Assembly: GCA_965649215.1 (NCBI GenBank) | Contig: CBFGJZ010000001.1 | Coordinates: 129,549 to 163,782, forward strand | Length of the DNA: 34,234 nucleotides | Origin: a candidate division WOR-3 bacterium | GTDB taxonomy: Bacteria; Hydrothermota; Tepidihabitantia; Tepidihabitantales; CAIPLT01 | Reading direction: 5' to 3' | Shown: positions 17,312-26,888 of the stretch, one piece after another | Layout: each line of letters opens with the position of its first letter | How positions within the stretch are numbered: the first letter of the stretch is position 1 | Made by a program: the position numbers and the translations under genes | Notes under the pieces: model-generated | Database searches by the model: none | Told to the model about the DNA's origin: nothing | What the model saw: the letters and a program-made list of their open reading frames with translations, nothing else

Positions 17312-18526
17312 TCATGCAAAAAATTCACGAACTTTTTCTAAAACATTCCTCAACGGTCTTCGCATTGGTTTAAGATAGAATTCGTTATTGTGCATCGCAT
17401 ATTTAGCGAGCCCAACTGCTGTCAGATAATTGGGATCAAGTACTTCATTTTCGTCAGCATACAGCAAACGACCAATTTTTACAGGTAAGCGAAATACTTG
17501 TTCGGCAACCGTCGCAATGCCTGATAAAAGCGATGTGCCACCAGTTAAAATAACCCCAGCCGGTAAGAGATCCGCATAACCAGCTTCACGGATCGCCAAA
17601 TCGATATATTGGAAGATTTCTTCAACTCGAGGCTCGATAATGGTTACTAATAACCTTTGGGATATTTGTTTGTTAATACGACCATTTATATCATCAATTA
17701 CAATTGGTTGATCATGTTGAATATGACTGATTGTAGCAGCGCCATAGAGTTTTTTGATTTCTTCCGCTTTTTTATAAGGTGTCCGCAAGCAAATTGAGAT
17801 ATCTTTCGTTACATTATCACCTCCCAATGGAATGGTTTTGTAATAGCGTAAAACACCGTCTTTGAAAATTGCGATATTAGTAATGCCGCCTAAATCGACA
17901 ATCGCGACACCTAAATTAAGTTCTTCGGGTTCAGCAACAAGGTTAGCAATGGCCTGGGGTTGGAGAATGAGTGAATTAATCCTTAAATCTAAATGTTCTA
18001 AAACACGTTCGATATTCTCTAACGCGGTTATTGTGCCCATCACTAACAATGCTTCGACTTCTAAACGAACACCAAACATACCAAGGGGATTGCGAATACC
18101 TTTTTGACCGTCGACAATATATTGGATTGGAAAGAGGTGAATAATTTGTTCATCGGGTGGCAACTTTATAGTTTGGGCTTGTTGAAGCACTTCTTCTATA
18201 TCTCGATTTGTAATACCGCGGGATGAGTTTTTTACTGAAATATTGCCAACACTATTGATATATTTTATATAATCGCCACAAATACCAACATTAATAAGAC
18301 AGTTTCGTGGTGAAATATTGGTTGATTGTTGGATTTGTTCGATGCAATTCGCAACGGATGAAACCGCTTTTTCTAAATTGATCACTAAACCATTACGAAA
18401 ACCATCAGCACTTGACATCGCCGTGCCAACAATGCGACAACGACCATTTTGATCATATTCGGTCATGACACTGGCGATCTTAGTCGTGCCAATGTCAATT
18501 CCTATTGTTCTTTTTGATTTTGCCAT
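17312..18526 (-). CDS. ftsA: Cell division protein FtsA
   Basis: GIDIGTTK, PLGMFGVRLE, GVILTGG, AVGL; SD GGAGGT; upstream of ftsZ. Confidence 0.96.
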   Translation of the reverse strand: MAKSKRTIGIDIGTTKIASVMTEYDQNGRCRIVGTAMSSADGFRNGLVINLEKAVSSVANCIEQIQQSTNISPRNCLINVGICGDYIKYINSVGNISVKNSSRGITNRDIEEVLQQAQTIKLPPDEQIIHLFPIQYIVDGQKGIRNPLGMFGVRLEVEALLVMGTITALENIERVLEHLDLRINSLILQPQAIANLVAEPEELNLGVAIVDLGGITNIAIFKDGVLRYYKTIPLGGDNVTKDISICLRTPYKKAEEIKKLYGAATISHIQHDQPIVIDDINGRINKQISQRLLVTIIEPRVEEIFQYIDLAIREAGYADLLPAGVILTGGTSLLSGIATVAEQVFRLPVKIGRLLYADENEVLDPNYLTAVGLAKYAMHNNEFYLKPMRRPLRNVLEKVREFFA

Positions 18527-19461
18527 TTTTTTACCTCCACATATTTAGGAAAAATTTGTATCTCTTCTTGTAAAATTATTTTATATTTTAATTCCACTAT
18601 ACTTTTTATGATTTGAATAAGCTCGTAGACATCACGAGCACGAGCATTTTTTTTATTGATAATAAAATTAGCATGGTGCGATGAAACTTCAGCATCGCCG
18701 CAACGCATTTTTTTTAAACCCGCCTGTTCAATAAGTTTCCCAGCAGGAATTGTTTGATTATGTTGGTCACGGGGGTTTTTAAAGATCGAACCGACCGATG
18801 CACCCCATGGGTGAGCGTGTTGACGATATTTGAGATAATAAGCAATGTCTTGTCTAATTAATTTTGAATCTTTAAGTGCTAATTCAAGAATGGCTTCCGT
18901 GATGATAAAATTTGATTGGAGATTGCTTTGTCGATATGTGAAATTTAAGTCTTTACGGGTTAATTGAACTTCTTCACCATAGTTATTGATACCATTGATA
19001 GTTACAACGCGACTGCCAATATCATGGCCAAAAGCTCCTGCATTACAGAATAAAGCTCCACCCAAAGTTGCGGGAATTCCTGCTAAAAATTCAACACCAC
19101 TTAAAGAGTGATTGGATGTAAAATTAATGATTTTTGATAAGGGAGTTGCAGCACCAACAACGATTTGCTGATTACGTTCGCGAATATAATTAAAATGTTT
19201 ACCGAGTTTGATGGTGATACCACTTAAGGTTTGGGATGGAAAGAGGATCTTTGAGCCATTGCCAATGGTATAGAGCGGTAAATTGTGTTTGTTAACAAAT
19301 TTAATAATATTAATTAAATCTTGAATACTGTTCACAATGATTAAACATTCCGCAGGGCCACCGATCTGAAAGGTAGAATAATGCTTGAGTGCACGGTCAA
19401 AATAAACTCGTGAACTTTGAGTGTTTATAATGTCTTTAAGAGTGTCTCGCCAACTTGCCAT
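18502..19461 (-). CDS. murB: UDP-N-acetylenolpyruvoylglucosamine reductase
   Basis: STFQIGGPA, GIPATLGGALFCNAGA, YRQS, GSIFKNP, HANFIIN. Confidence 0.96.
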   Translation of the reverse strand: MASWRDTLKDIINTQSSRVYFDRALKHYSTFQIGGPAECLIIVNSIQDLINIIKFVNKHNLPLYTIGNGSKILFPSQTLSGITIKLGKHFNYIRERNQQIVVGAATPLSKIINFTSNHSLSGVEFLAGIPATLGGALFCNAGAFGHDIGSRVVTINGINNYGEEVQLTRKDLNFTYRQSNLQSNFIITEAILELALKDSKLIRQDIAYYLKYRQHAHPWGASVGSIFKNPRDQHNQTIPAGKLIEQAGLKKMRCGDAEVSSHHANFIINKKNARARDVYELIQIIKSIVELKYKIILQEEIQIFPKYVEVKKWQNQKEQ

Positions 19462-20795
19462 ATGTTACCTGCACCTAAAGTTATAATGACATCATTTTGT
19501 TTAATATTGGCCTTAAGATAATTAACGATCTCGGCAAAAGTTTTTTTATAGATTACTTGGGGATGCAATTGGTTTTGTTTTTTGATAGCATCCACTATGA
19601 TTTGGGAACTGACCTTGGGTATTTTTTTCTCGGAAGCCGCATAGATATCAGTGATGATCAGAAGATCGGTATGATTAAAGGCTTTACCAAAATCATTGCC
19701 AAGGAGTTTAGTACGAGTGTAACGATGGGGTTGAAAGACGGTGATAATGCGTTGTTGGGGATAAGCGTTTCTTAAGGTTTGCAGGGTGGCTCTAATTTCA
19801 GTTGGATGATGACCATAATCGTCATAGATAGTAATATTATTTTTCCTGCCTTTGAATTGTAAACGTCGTTCAATACCTTGGAAATTTGCTAATGCGTTTT
19901 TGATGGTGGGGATGGGGATTTTGAGTTTTAAGGCAACGCAAATTGCAGCTAAAGCATTTTGAATATTATGTTCGCCCCCTAAATTTAATTGACAATTGAA
20001 TTTCGTATGGTTATAAAAAACCGTAAAACGCGAATTAAAATTATTGAGTTGAATGTTTTGAGCATAGACCATTGCTTGTTTCGTTAAGCCGTAGGTTATG
20101 ACTTCTCTTTTCAAGTGGGGAAGGATATTTCGTGCTTGGGGACAATCATGACAGACAATAACCGAACCGAAAAACGGGACTTTGTTGGCAAATTCAATAA
20201 AAGCATTTTTAATCTCTTGAATATTTTTATAGTAGTCAAGGTGTTCTCTTTCAATATTGGTAATCACAGCCAAAGTTGGATACAAAAGTAAAAATGAACG
20301 ATCACTTTCATCGGCTTCTGCAACTAAATATTCGCTTTTGCCAAGTTTAGCGGTTGAATTAAGACCAACAACTTTACCGCCAATAATAATCGTAGGATGG
20401 AGCTGGGCTTGTTCTAAAATCGCACTGATTAATGAAGTAGTTGTGGTTTTGCCATGCGTACCAGAAACCGCAATAGAAAATTTTACGCGCATTAATTCAG
20501 CTAACATTTCAGCCCGGGGGATAACGGGTATTTTATGTTTTAAGGCATATTGGATTTCTGGATTGTGCTTGTTGATTGCAGTTGAATAGACAACAACATT
20601 AGCACCGTAACAGTTTTGCTCGTGATGGCGATAAGCAACTTTAATACCCAATTGGCGTAAGTGTTCAGTAAGCGAAGTGCGGACGAGATCTGAACCTGTC
20701 ACATGGTATCCAAGGTTTTTTAATATTATCGCAAGACCGGACATACCAGCACCACCGATACCAACAAAATGAATATGATTTATTCGGGCAAACAT
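19425..20795 (-). CDS. murC: UDP-N-acetylmuramate--L-alanine ligase
   Basis: HFVGIGGAGMSGLA, GTHGKTTTT, EADESD, DDYGHHPTE, FQPHRYTRT. Confidence 0.98.
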   Translation of the reverse strand: MFARINHIHFVGIGGAGMSGLAIILKNLGYHVTGSDLVRTSLTEHLRQLGIKVAYRHHEQNCYGANVVVYSTAINKHNPEIQYALKHKIPVIPRAEMLAELMRVKFSIAVSGTHGKTTTTSLISAILEQAQLHPTIIIGGKVVGLNSTAKLGKSEYLVAEADESDRSFLLLYPTLAVITNIEREHLDYYKNIQEIKNAFIEFANKVPFFGSVIVCHDCPQARNILPHLKREVITYGLTKQAMVYAQNIQLNNFNSRFTVFYNHTKFNCQLNLGGEHNIQNALAAICVALKLKIPIPTIKNALANFQGIERRLQFKGRKNNITIYDDYGHHPTEIRATLQTLRNAYPQQRIITVFQPHRYTRTKLLGNDFGKAFNHTDLLIITDIYAASEKKIPKVSSQIIVDAIKKQNQLHPQVIYKKTFAEIVNYLKANIKQNDVIITLGAGNIWQVGETLLKTL

Positions 20796-21844
20796 AAACT
20801 AATCCTTTGTGCGATCGTTTGAGCAGCATTGAGCGGGGCGAGTTTCAAGGCTGCTTGAGACATTGCATTGAGTCGGGAAGTGTCATTTAAGAGGGTTAGT
20901 AAAGTATCTTTTAGTTTCTCTAAAAACTCTAAAGATAACCCCTGCTGGCGGGGTTGGTTTAAGATGATAGCAGCGTTATTGTGGGATAAAAATTGAGCAT
21001 TCGCTGCTTGGTGATTATCTGTGGCAAATGGATAGGGTATGACAATGGATGGGATACCAAAAAATAATATTTCTGATAAAACCATCCCGCCAGCACGGGT
21101 TATAACAACATTTGCTTGTTGATATAATTCTTCTGGATGGGGCGTAAAACTAATCAATTGACAATTATTAGATTTTACTAATTTTTTAGTCTGTTCGTAG
21201 TGTTTTTGACCAGTTTGAATGATAAATTGATAATCCGCTAAAAGTGCCGCTAATTCCACCGCATGAAGATTTAAGAACTGAGCTCCCTGACTGCCGCCTA
21301 AAACTAAAATGGTTTTACGCAAGCAGGTCGGCTTGATTGGAGTAGTCGTGATTGTTGTCCGTAAGGGATTACCGGTATAGATAAAATTGCCTTTTAGTTT
21401 GATTGCTAAAGGAAAACCCAGATAAACTTCTCGTGCCCAGCGCGAAAAGTATTTATTGAACCGACCAGGAATGCGATTTTGTTCTAAAAGGAAATAACGA
21501 ATTTTTAAGAGATTTGCCCATAAAACAGGAATTAAACTGCTAAAGCTACCGCTTGCTAAAATTGCATCGGGTTTTATTTTAATAAGTAAATACGGAAAGA
21601 TGAACAGAGCACGGATAAAGTTTATAAAAAACAACACAAGTTGGAAAAACTTTTTATTAAAGAAACCACTGGTTGGTAGCGTACAGTAAGGGAACTGATG
21701 ATGTTTGATAAGTTCAATGTCAAATTTATTATTGCGGACTAAAAAGATTACTTGCATATTGAGTTTACGTAAATGTTCACCAACTGCGAGCGCCGGGTAG
21801 ATATGTCCGCCCGTGCCGCCAGTTGCGATTAAAATTCTGGCCAT
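20780..21844 (-). CDS. murG: Undecaprenyl-PP-MurNAc-pentapeptide GlcNAc transferase
   Basis: GGTGGHIYPA, EQN, GNPLR, GGSQGA, HQAANA. Confidence 0.96.
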   Translation of the reverse strand: MARILIATGGTGGHIYPALAVGEHLRKLNMQVIFLVRNNKFDIELIKHHQFPYCTLPTSGFFNKKFFQLVLFFINFIRALFIFPYLLIKIKPDAILASGSFSSLIPVLWANLLKIRYFLLEQNRIPGRFNKYFSRWAREVYLGFPLAIKLKGNFIYTGNPLRTTITTTPIKPTCLRKTILVLGGSQGAQFLNLHAVELAALLADYQFIIQTGQKHYEQTKKLVKSNNCQLISFTPHPEELYQQANVVITRAGGMVLSEILFFGIPSIVIPYPFATDNHQAANAQFLSHNNAAIILNQPRQQGLSLEFLEKLKDTLLTLLNDTSRLNAMSQAALKLAPLNAAQTIAQRISLCLPE

Positions 21845-22970
21845 AATGTTTTCTCCGAAATCGGGAAATGTTAAGAATTATGCCAATGGCATATAAATTA
21901 GTCACTAATGCGGAACCACCATAAGAAATAAATGGCAATGGTTGCCCAGTCGTGGGTATTAAAGCAAGCGCAACAGCCAAATGGACCATAACATATTGGA
22001 TGAGAACAATGGTAATTCCAAACGCTAATACTTTACTAAATAAATCATTCGTGGCAAAAGCAATACTTATACCACGAGTAAACATAATGAAAAAAATTGT
22101 TAGTACAAACAAACTACCTAAAAGCCCAAATTCTTCCGCTATCGCAGAAAAGATGAAATCGGTGTGGAGTTTGGGGAGAAAATAGAATTTTTGTTTTCCT
22201 TCACCAAGTCCTTTACCCCAAATATGACCCGAACCAATAGCAATTCTCGATTGTTTTTGTTGATAAGTGATACCATTTCGAAATTCAACAAATCTTTTTT
22301 TCGCATACGGGACCGTGATAATCGTTACGACAATTAAGGATAGGCCGGCTAATGAGATTAATAAGAGATGTTTGAATTTGACACCGCCGACAAATAAAAT
22401 AAAAAGAGTTGTGAGCGTAAGTATAAAACTAGTACCAATCGCAGGCTGTAATAATAAGAGGATTATGATGATTGCGGCAACTGCTAAAGGAATTAATGGA
22501 AAACCGCTGAAGAAAGATTTTGGGTTTTGAGTTTGCTTGATTTTCTGTTCTTGCTGATTTTTGAAATATCCGGCTAGCCAAATGATTAAAACATATTTAG
22601 CAATTTCTGCGGGTTGGAAGAAATAAGCCCAGCGTTTTACTGCGGCAACTTGTTTACCGACAGTGAGTGTTAAGATAAGCATAATTATCGTAAAGATCAG
22701 TAAAATGTGACGAAGTTTACCTTGATAAATTGAGTGGGGAACATTGACTGCAATAATCAAGGCAAAAAGTCCAACGAGCACGCGCACCGTTTGTTTAATA
22801 AAATAAGCATTGCCGGAATAAAGAGTAATTGAATAAATCATTACCAGACCGACCATTGTGAGTATGATGGCTGTAATTAAAAGTGGTAAATCAATTGAAG
22901 TGAGTTGCCGTTGCAGTCGGTTCTTTATTGAAGAATCATGATAAATTTGGAGATACGGATTAGTTGCCAT
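21777..22970 (-). CDS. ftsW: SEDS peptidoglycan glycosyltransferase FtsW
   Basis: Polytopic membrane protein; QPAEIAK, LPKLHTDFIF, LPFISYGGS; lies between murD and murG. Confidence 0.93.
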   Translation of the reverse strand: MATNPYLQIYHDSSIKNRLQRQLTSIDLPLLITAIILTMVGLVMIYSITLYSGNAYFIKQTVRVLVGLFALIIAVNVPHSIYQGKLRHILLIFTIIMLILTLTVGKQVAAVKRWAYFFQPAEIAKYVLIIWLAGYFKNQQEQKIKQTQNPKSFFSGFPLIPLAVAAIIIILLLLQPAIGTSFILTLTTLFILFVGGVKFKHLLLISLAGLSLIVVTIITVPYAKKRFVEFRNGITYQQKQSRIAIGSGHIWGKGLGEGKQKFYFLPKLHTDFIFSAIAEEFGLLGSLFVLTIFFIMFTRGISIAFATNDLFSKVLAFGITIVLIQYVMVHLAVALALIPTTGQPLPFISYGGSALVTNLYAIGIILNISRFRRKHYGQNFNRNWRHGRTYLPGARSW

Positions 22971-22974
22971 ATGT

Positions 22975-24330
22975 TTATTTTAGTTGGCTAACAATTTTTA
23001 TAAACGCATTACCGCGTTCTTGAAAATTTTGATACGCATCAAAACTAGCAAAGCCAGGCGAAAAGAGAATCGTATCATTTTTTTGAGCCTGCTTTTGGGC
23101 AATTTTAACGGCATCTTTTAAATTCAGGGCAGTTTGATAATTATGATAATGTAGGCGATTGAGCTGGGTTGCTAATTTGTTTGTGTTCTCACCAAATAAA
23201 ACCACATATTTTGCTTTTTGGATAATCGTCTTAAGGTATTCATCGAGGGGTAAGTTTTTTTCTTTCCCGCCTGTGATTAGAATTACTGGATTTGAGAACG
23301 AGCGTAAAGTTGCACTGGCTGCAGTGGGATTTGTGCACATTGAATTATTAATATAAGTAACACCCCGAAGGTGACGGACGACTTCTAAACGATGGGGTAG
23401 ACCTTTGAATTGTTGCAGGACTTTTGTAATGCTCGCATTATCAACCGAGAGGAGTTTGGCGGCACTGATACTTGAAAGAATGCTATCTAAATAGTGTTTG
23501 CCAAAGAGTTTGATATCACTGAGCTCAATGATTTTTTCATTATCGTAGTAAATGACTTGTTCATTTTTGAGATAAGCACCATTGGTCTGGTGTTTTACAG
23601 AGAAATAGATGTGTTGGGATGGGATTTGGTCTTTGATAGCCATAGAGACTTTATCATCATAATTGAGAATACAAAAGTCATTAGGTGTTTGATTTTGAGC
23701 AATGCGGAGTTTGGTCTTTTGATAATCGGCTAATGATTGGTGACGGTCAAGATGGTCTGCGGTGATATTAGTAATGATGGCGATATAGGGATGAAACTTA
23801 TAACACCGTTGTAATTGAAAACTAGAGATTTCAATAACATAATAGTCTTTTGGTTTTTGAAAAAGACCACTAATAAATGGTTTACCAGGTGCTAAATTAC
23901 CGCCGTAAAAGACACGATAACCAGCGGTGCTTAAAAATTTAGCCAACAAGACGGTTGCGGTAGATTTGCCATTGGTGCCCGTGATCGCAATAATTGGTTG
24001 AGAGATATATTGAGCAGTGAATTCAATCTCATCAAGCATTGGGATATGATGACGCGCTAAAGTTTTTAAGAATGAATGCGATGGCGTAATGCCTGGACTG
24101 ACAATGGCAAATTCAGGTTTGATGACGGGTAGGATTGGCTTTTGGGGATTGATTTTATGAAATAATTGATGGCTTGTGATTTTGCGATTTTCTTTACTTG
24201 TGAATGCTTTAGTATTGTCATCATAAACATAGACTTGAAAACTCTTTTTCATTAAATACTTGCTGACCAGTTGCCCGACATTACCAAAACCGACGACGAT
24301 TGCTGTTTTAGTTAAGTTTGTTTTTTTCAT
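22975..24330 (-). CDS. murD: UDP-N-acetylmuramoyl-L-alanine--D-glutamate ligase
   Basis: Probable start ATG 24330 (ATGA overlap with the mraY stop). SPGI, ITGTNGKST, EISSFQL, DHLDRH, SPGFASFD...ERG. Confidence 0.95.
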   Translation of the reverse strand: MKKTNLTKTAIVVGFGNVGQLVSKYLMKKSFQVYVYDDNTKAFTSKENRKITSHQLFHKINPQKPILPVIKPEFAIVSPGITPSHSFLKTLARHHIPMLDEIEFTAQYISQPIIAITGTNGKSTATVLLAKFLSTAGYRVFYGGNLAPGKPFISGLFQKPKDYYVIEISSFQLQRCYKFHPYIAIITNITADHLDRHQSLADYQKTKLRIAQNQTPNDFCILNYDDKVSMAIKDQIPSQHIYFSVKHQTNGAYLKNEQVIYYDNEKIIELSDIKLFGKHYLDSILSSISAAKLLSVDNASITKVLQQFKGLPHRLEVVRHLRGVTYINNSMCTNPTAASATLRSFSNPVILITGGKEKNLPLDEYLKTIIQKAKYVVLFGENTNKLATQLNRLHYHNYQTALNLKDAVKIAQKQAQKNDTILFSPGFASFDAYQNFQERGNAFIKIVSQLK

Positions 24331-25415
24331 CGGATCTTTAAGGTTGAAATTGCAAAAATTGCTAATAAGATTGCTAAAATCCAGAAGCGCACAACAATCG
24401 TTGGTTCTTGCCAACCACAGAGCTCAAAATGGTGATGAAGCGGTGCCATGCGAAAGATGCGTTTGCCACGCGTTAGATGGAAATAGACAACTTGGATAAA
24501 AACAGTCAAAGCTTCGAGCACAAAGACCCCACCGACAAATATTAATAAAAACTCCTGCTTCACTGCGATTGCCATAAACCCAATGATTGCTCCTAATGGC
24601 AATGAGCCAGTATCACCCATAAAGATCTGAGCAGGAAAGGTATTAAACCAGAGAAATCCCAAAGTCGCCCCAAGAATAGCAAAGGCAAGGACAGTAATTT
24701 CACCAGCCCCTCGGACATAGATAATATTTAAGTATTCGGCGATTTTGATGTTACCAGCCACATACGCTAAAACACCATAGCTAGCGGATGATATCCCTAA
24801 TAGACCGCTGGCCAGACCATCCAGTCCGTCAGCAAGATTGACCGCATTAGAAGTGATTAAAATTACAGCCACAACAAAGGGAATGTAGAAGATACGAAAG
24901 TCAATCTGAATGTTCTTAAAAAAGATAAAATTAGTAATGGTTTTTATTTCCGGATTGATTGGCTTATAATACAAGACCAATGCTACGACGAGTGAGAAGA
25001 GGACTTGGAAGAAGATTTTGGTGCGTTTATTAATTCCCCGGGGTTTACCAAGACGGACTTTTTTATAGTCATCATAAAAGCCAAGTAAGCCAAAAGTAAT
25101 AAGAATAAATAGACCTAATAGCATATTGGTGTTGGATAAGTCAGCAAAAAAGAGCAGTCCCAAAATAATGGCAAAGAGAATGAGAATGCCACCCATAGTT
25201 GGTGTGCCTGTTTTGAGTTTGTGTTTTTGGGGCACTTCTTCTCTAACATTCTGTCCGATTGCCATCTTTTTGAGTTTGGCAATAAACCATTTGCCAAAGA
25301 CAAGCGAAAAAATGAGTGAAAAGGCGCCAGCATAAGCAGCTCGAAAAGTGATATAGCGGAAGAGATTGAACGGGCTAAAATAGTCTTTTAAATTATATAA
25401 TATTTGAGCTAACAT
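24327..25415 (-). CDS. mraY: Phospho-MurNAc-pentapeptide transferase
   Basis: GTPTMGG, NAVNLADGLDGL, FMGDTGS, MAPLHHHFE. Confidence 0.98.
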   Translation of the reverse strand: MLAQILYNLKDYFSPFNLFRYITFRAAYAGAFSLIFSLVFGKWFIAKLKKMAIGQNVREEVPQKHKLKTGTPTMGGILILFAIILGLLFFADLSNTNMLLGLFILITFGLLGFYDDYKKVRLGKPRGINKRTKIFFQVLFSLVVALVLYYKPINPEIKTITNFIFFKNIQIDFRIFYIPFVVAVILITSNAVNLADGLDGLASGLLGISSASYGVLAYVAGNIKIAEYLNIIYVRGAGEITVLAFAILGATLGFLWFNTFPAQIFMGDTGSLPLGAIIGFMAIAVKQEFLLIFVGGVFVLEALTVFIQVVYFHLTRGKRIFRMAPLHHHFELCGWQEPTIVVRFWILAILLAIFAISTLKIR

Positions 25416-26884
25416 ATTTGTTTTAATAGTTTTTTGGTTATTAGATAATCTGAAAATGGTATCTTTTTATCACCAATGATTTGATAGTCTTCATGACCTT
25501 TACCTGCGAGTAAAATCGTATCATCTTTTTGAGCAAGTTTTAAAGCTCGGGCAATTGCTTCTTTACGGTCCACGATGATTTCATAATTTTGCTTTTTGAT
25601 GCCTTTAATAATGTCTTGGATAATACAATTAGGGTCTTCAAAGCGCGGGTTATCAGAAGTGATAATAGCATAGTCAGCCAGTTTGCTTGCCGCACAACCC
25701 ATTTTGGGTCGTTTAGTTTTATCGCGATTACCCCCGCAACCAAAGACCACAATGACTCGACCTCTGGTTATACTACGTAAGGTTTTGAGAGCATTGATTA
25801 GTGCCCGTTCCGTATGCGCATAGTCAATATAGATATTAAAACCACCAGGAGCTTTTATTTTTTGAAGGCGACCAGGAATAGGCTTGAGCTTAGTAAATGC
25901 TTTTTGAATGGTATGGTTTTTGATTTTTAACAGATATGCTGTAGCGATCGCAGCAAGAGCATTAGCAATATTATGTTCACCAGGAAGTTTTAAGGTTAAC
26001 GAGAGGGGAGTTTTGTGTTTGGGTAGATAGACTTTGATTTTGCTTTTATCTTGATTCATCGTAATGATTTCAGAATAGAAATCAACTTTGTTAGCTAATG
26101 AGTAATAATAAACTTGGGCTTTGGTATTTTTAGTAATGCGAACTGATAACGGGTCATCATAATTAACAACCGCATAGGCATCGGCACTGAGATTGCGAAA
26201 GAGTTTGAGTTTAGCATCTTGATAGTTCTTAATTGTTTTATGAAAATCAAGATGATCTTTGGTAAGATTAGTAAAAATAGCAATTTTGAACTTTAAGTCA
26301 TAAACTCGGTCTAATGCCAAAGCATGAGATGAAACTTCACTGATACAATATTTGATTTTATGCTTTATTAGTTTATCAAGAAATGCAATGAAATCTAAAC
26401 TTTGGGGAGTTGTGTTAGGAGCTGGTAAGTAGTTTTTGCCATCATAATAATTGATGGTGCCAATGAGACCGGTCTTTTTACCGCTGGTTTCAATAATTGA
26501 TTTAATGAGATAGGAAGTAGTAGTTTTACCATCGGTCCCCGTGATTCCAATCAAAGTGAGTTTTCGGTCAGGATAGTCATAGAAATAATTAGCAACTCGG
26601 GCTAAAAATTGCGCGGGTTTTGATGTATAGATTGTAGTAATGTGGGGATATTTGTTTTTTGCTTGGTGTAAGATTTTTTTGTTGTCAGAAGCAAACGCAA
26701 TCGCACCATTAGCAATAGCTTGCTCGTAATATTTATTGCCAGATGTTTGAGTGCCGTTTAAAGCGACAAAGAGATAGTTATCTTTTACCAGCTTTGAATG
26801 ATAAGCAATACCTTGAATTTGCTGATTGGTATTACCATTTACATCACAGGAAATACTTTTAAGTAATTGGTTTAGGGTTTTCAT
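25409..26884 (-). CDS. murE: UDP-MurNAc-L-Ala-D-Glu--meso-DAP ligase
   Basis: TGTDGKTT, EVSSH, DHLDFH, DYAHT, GCGGNRD, DNPR (meso-DAP-type specificity motif), AGKGHE. Confidence 0.97.
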   Translation of the reverse strand: MKTLNQLLKSISCDVNGNTNQQIQGIAYHSKLVKDNYLFVALNGTQTSGNKYYEQAIANGAIAFASDNKKILHQAKNKYPHITTIYTSKPAQFLARVANYFYDYPDRKLTLIGITGTDGKTTTSYLIKSIIETSGKKTGLIGTINYYDGKNYLPAPNTTPQSLDFIAFLDKLIKHKIKYCISEVSSHALALDRVYDLKFKIAIFTNLTKDHLDFHKTIKNYQDAKLKLFRNLSADAYAVVNYDDPLSVRITKNTKAQVYYYSLANKVDFYSEIITMNQDKSKIKVYLPKHKTPLSLTLKLPGEHNIANALAAIATAYLLKIKNHTIQKAFTKLKPIPGRLQKIKAPGGFNIYIDYAHTERALINALKTLRSITRGRVIVVFGCGGNRDKTKRPKMGCAASKLADYAIITSDNPRFEDPNCIIQDIIKGIKKQNYEIIVDRKEAIARALKLAQKDDTILLAGKGHEDYQIIGDKKIPFSDYLITKKLLKQIC

Positions 26885-26888
26885 ATTA

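Noticed and set aside
24331-24414. N-terminal extension of MurD in the ORF track
   Set aside because: It lies inside mraY; ATG 24330 gives a normal ATGA overlap and N-terminus.
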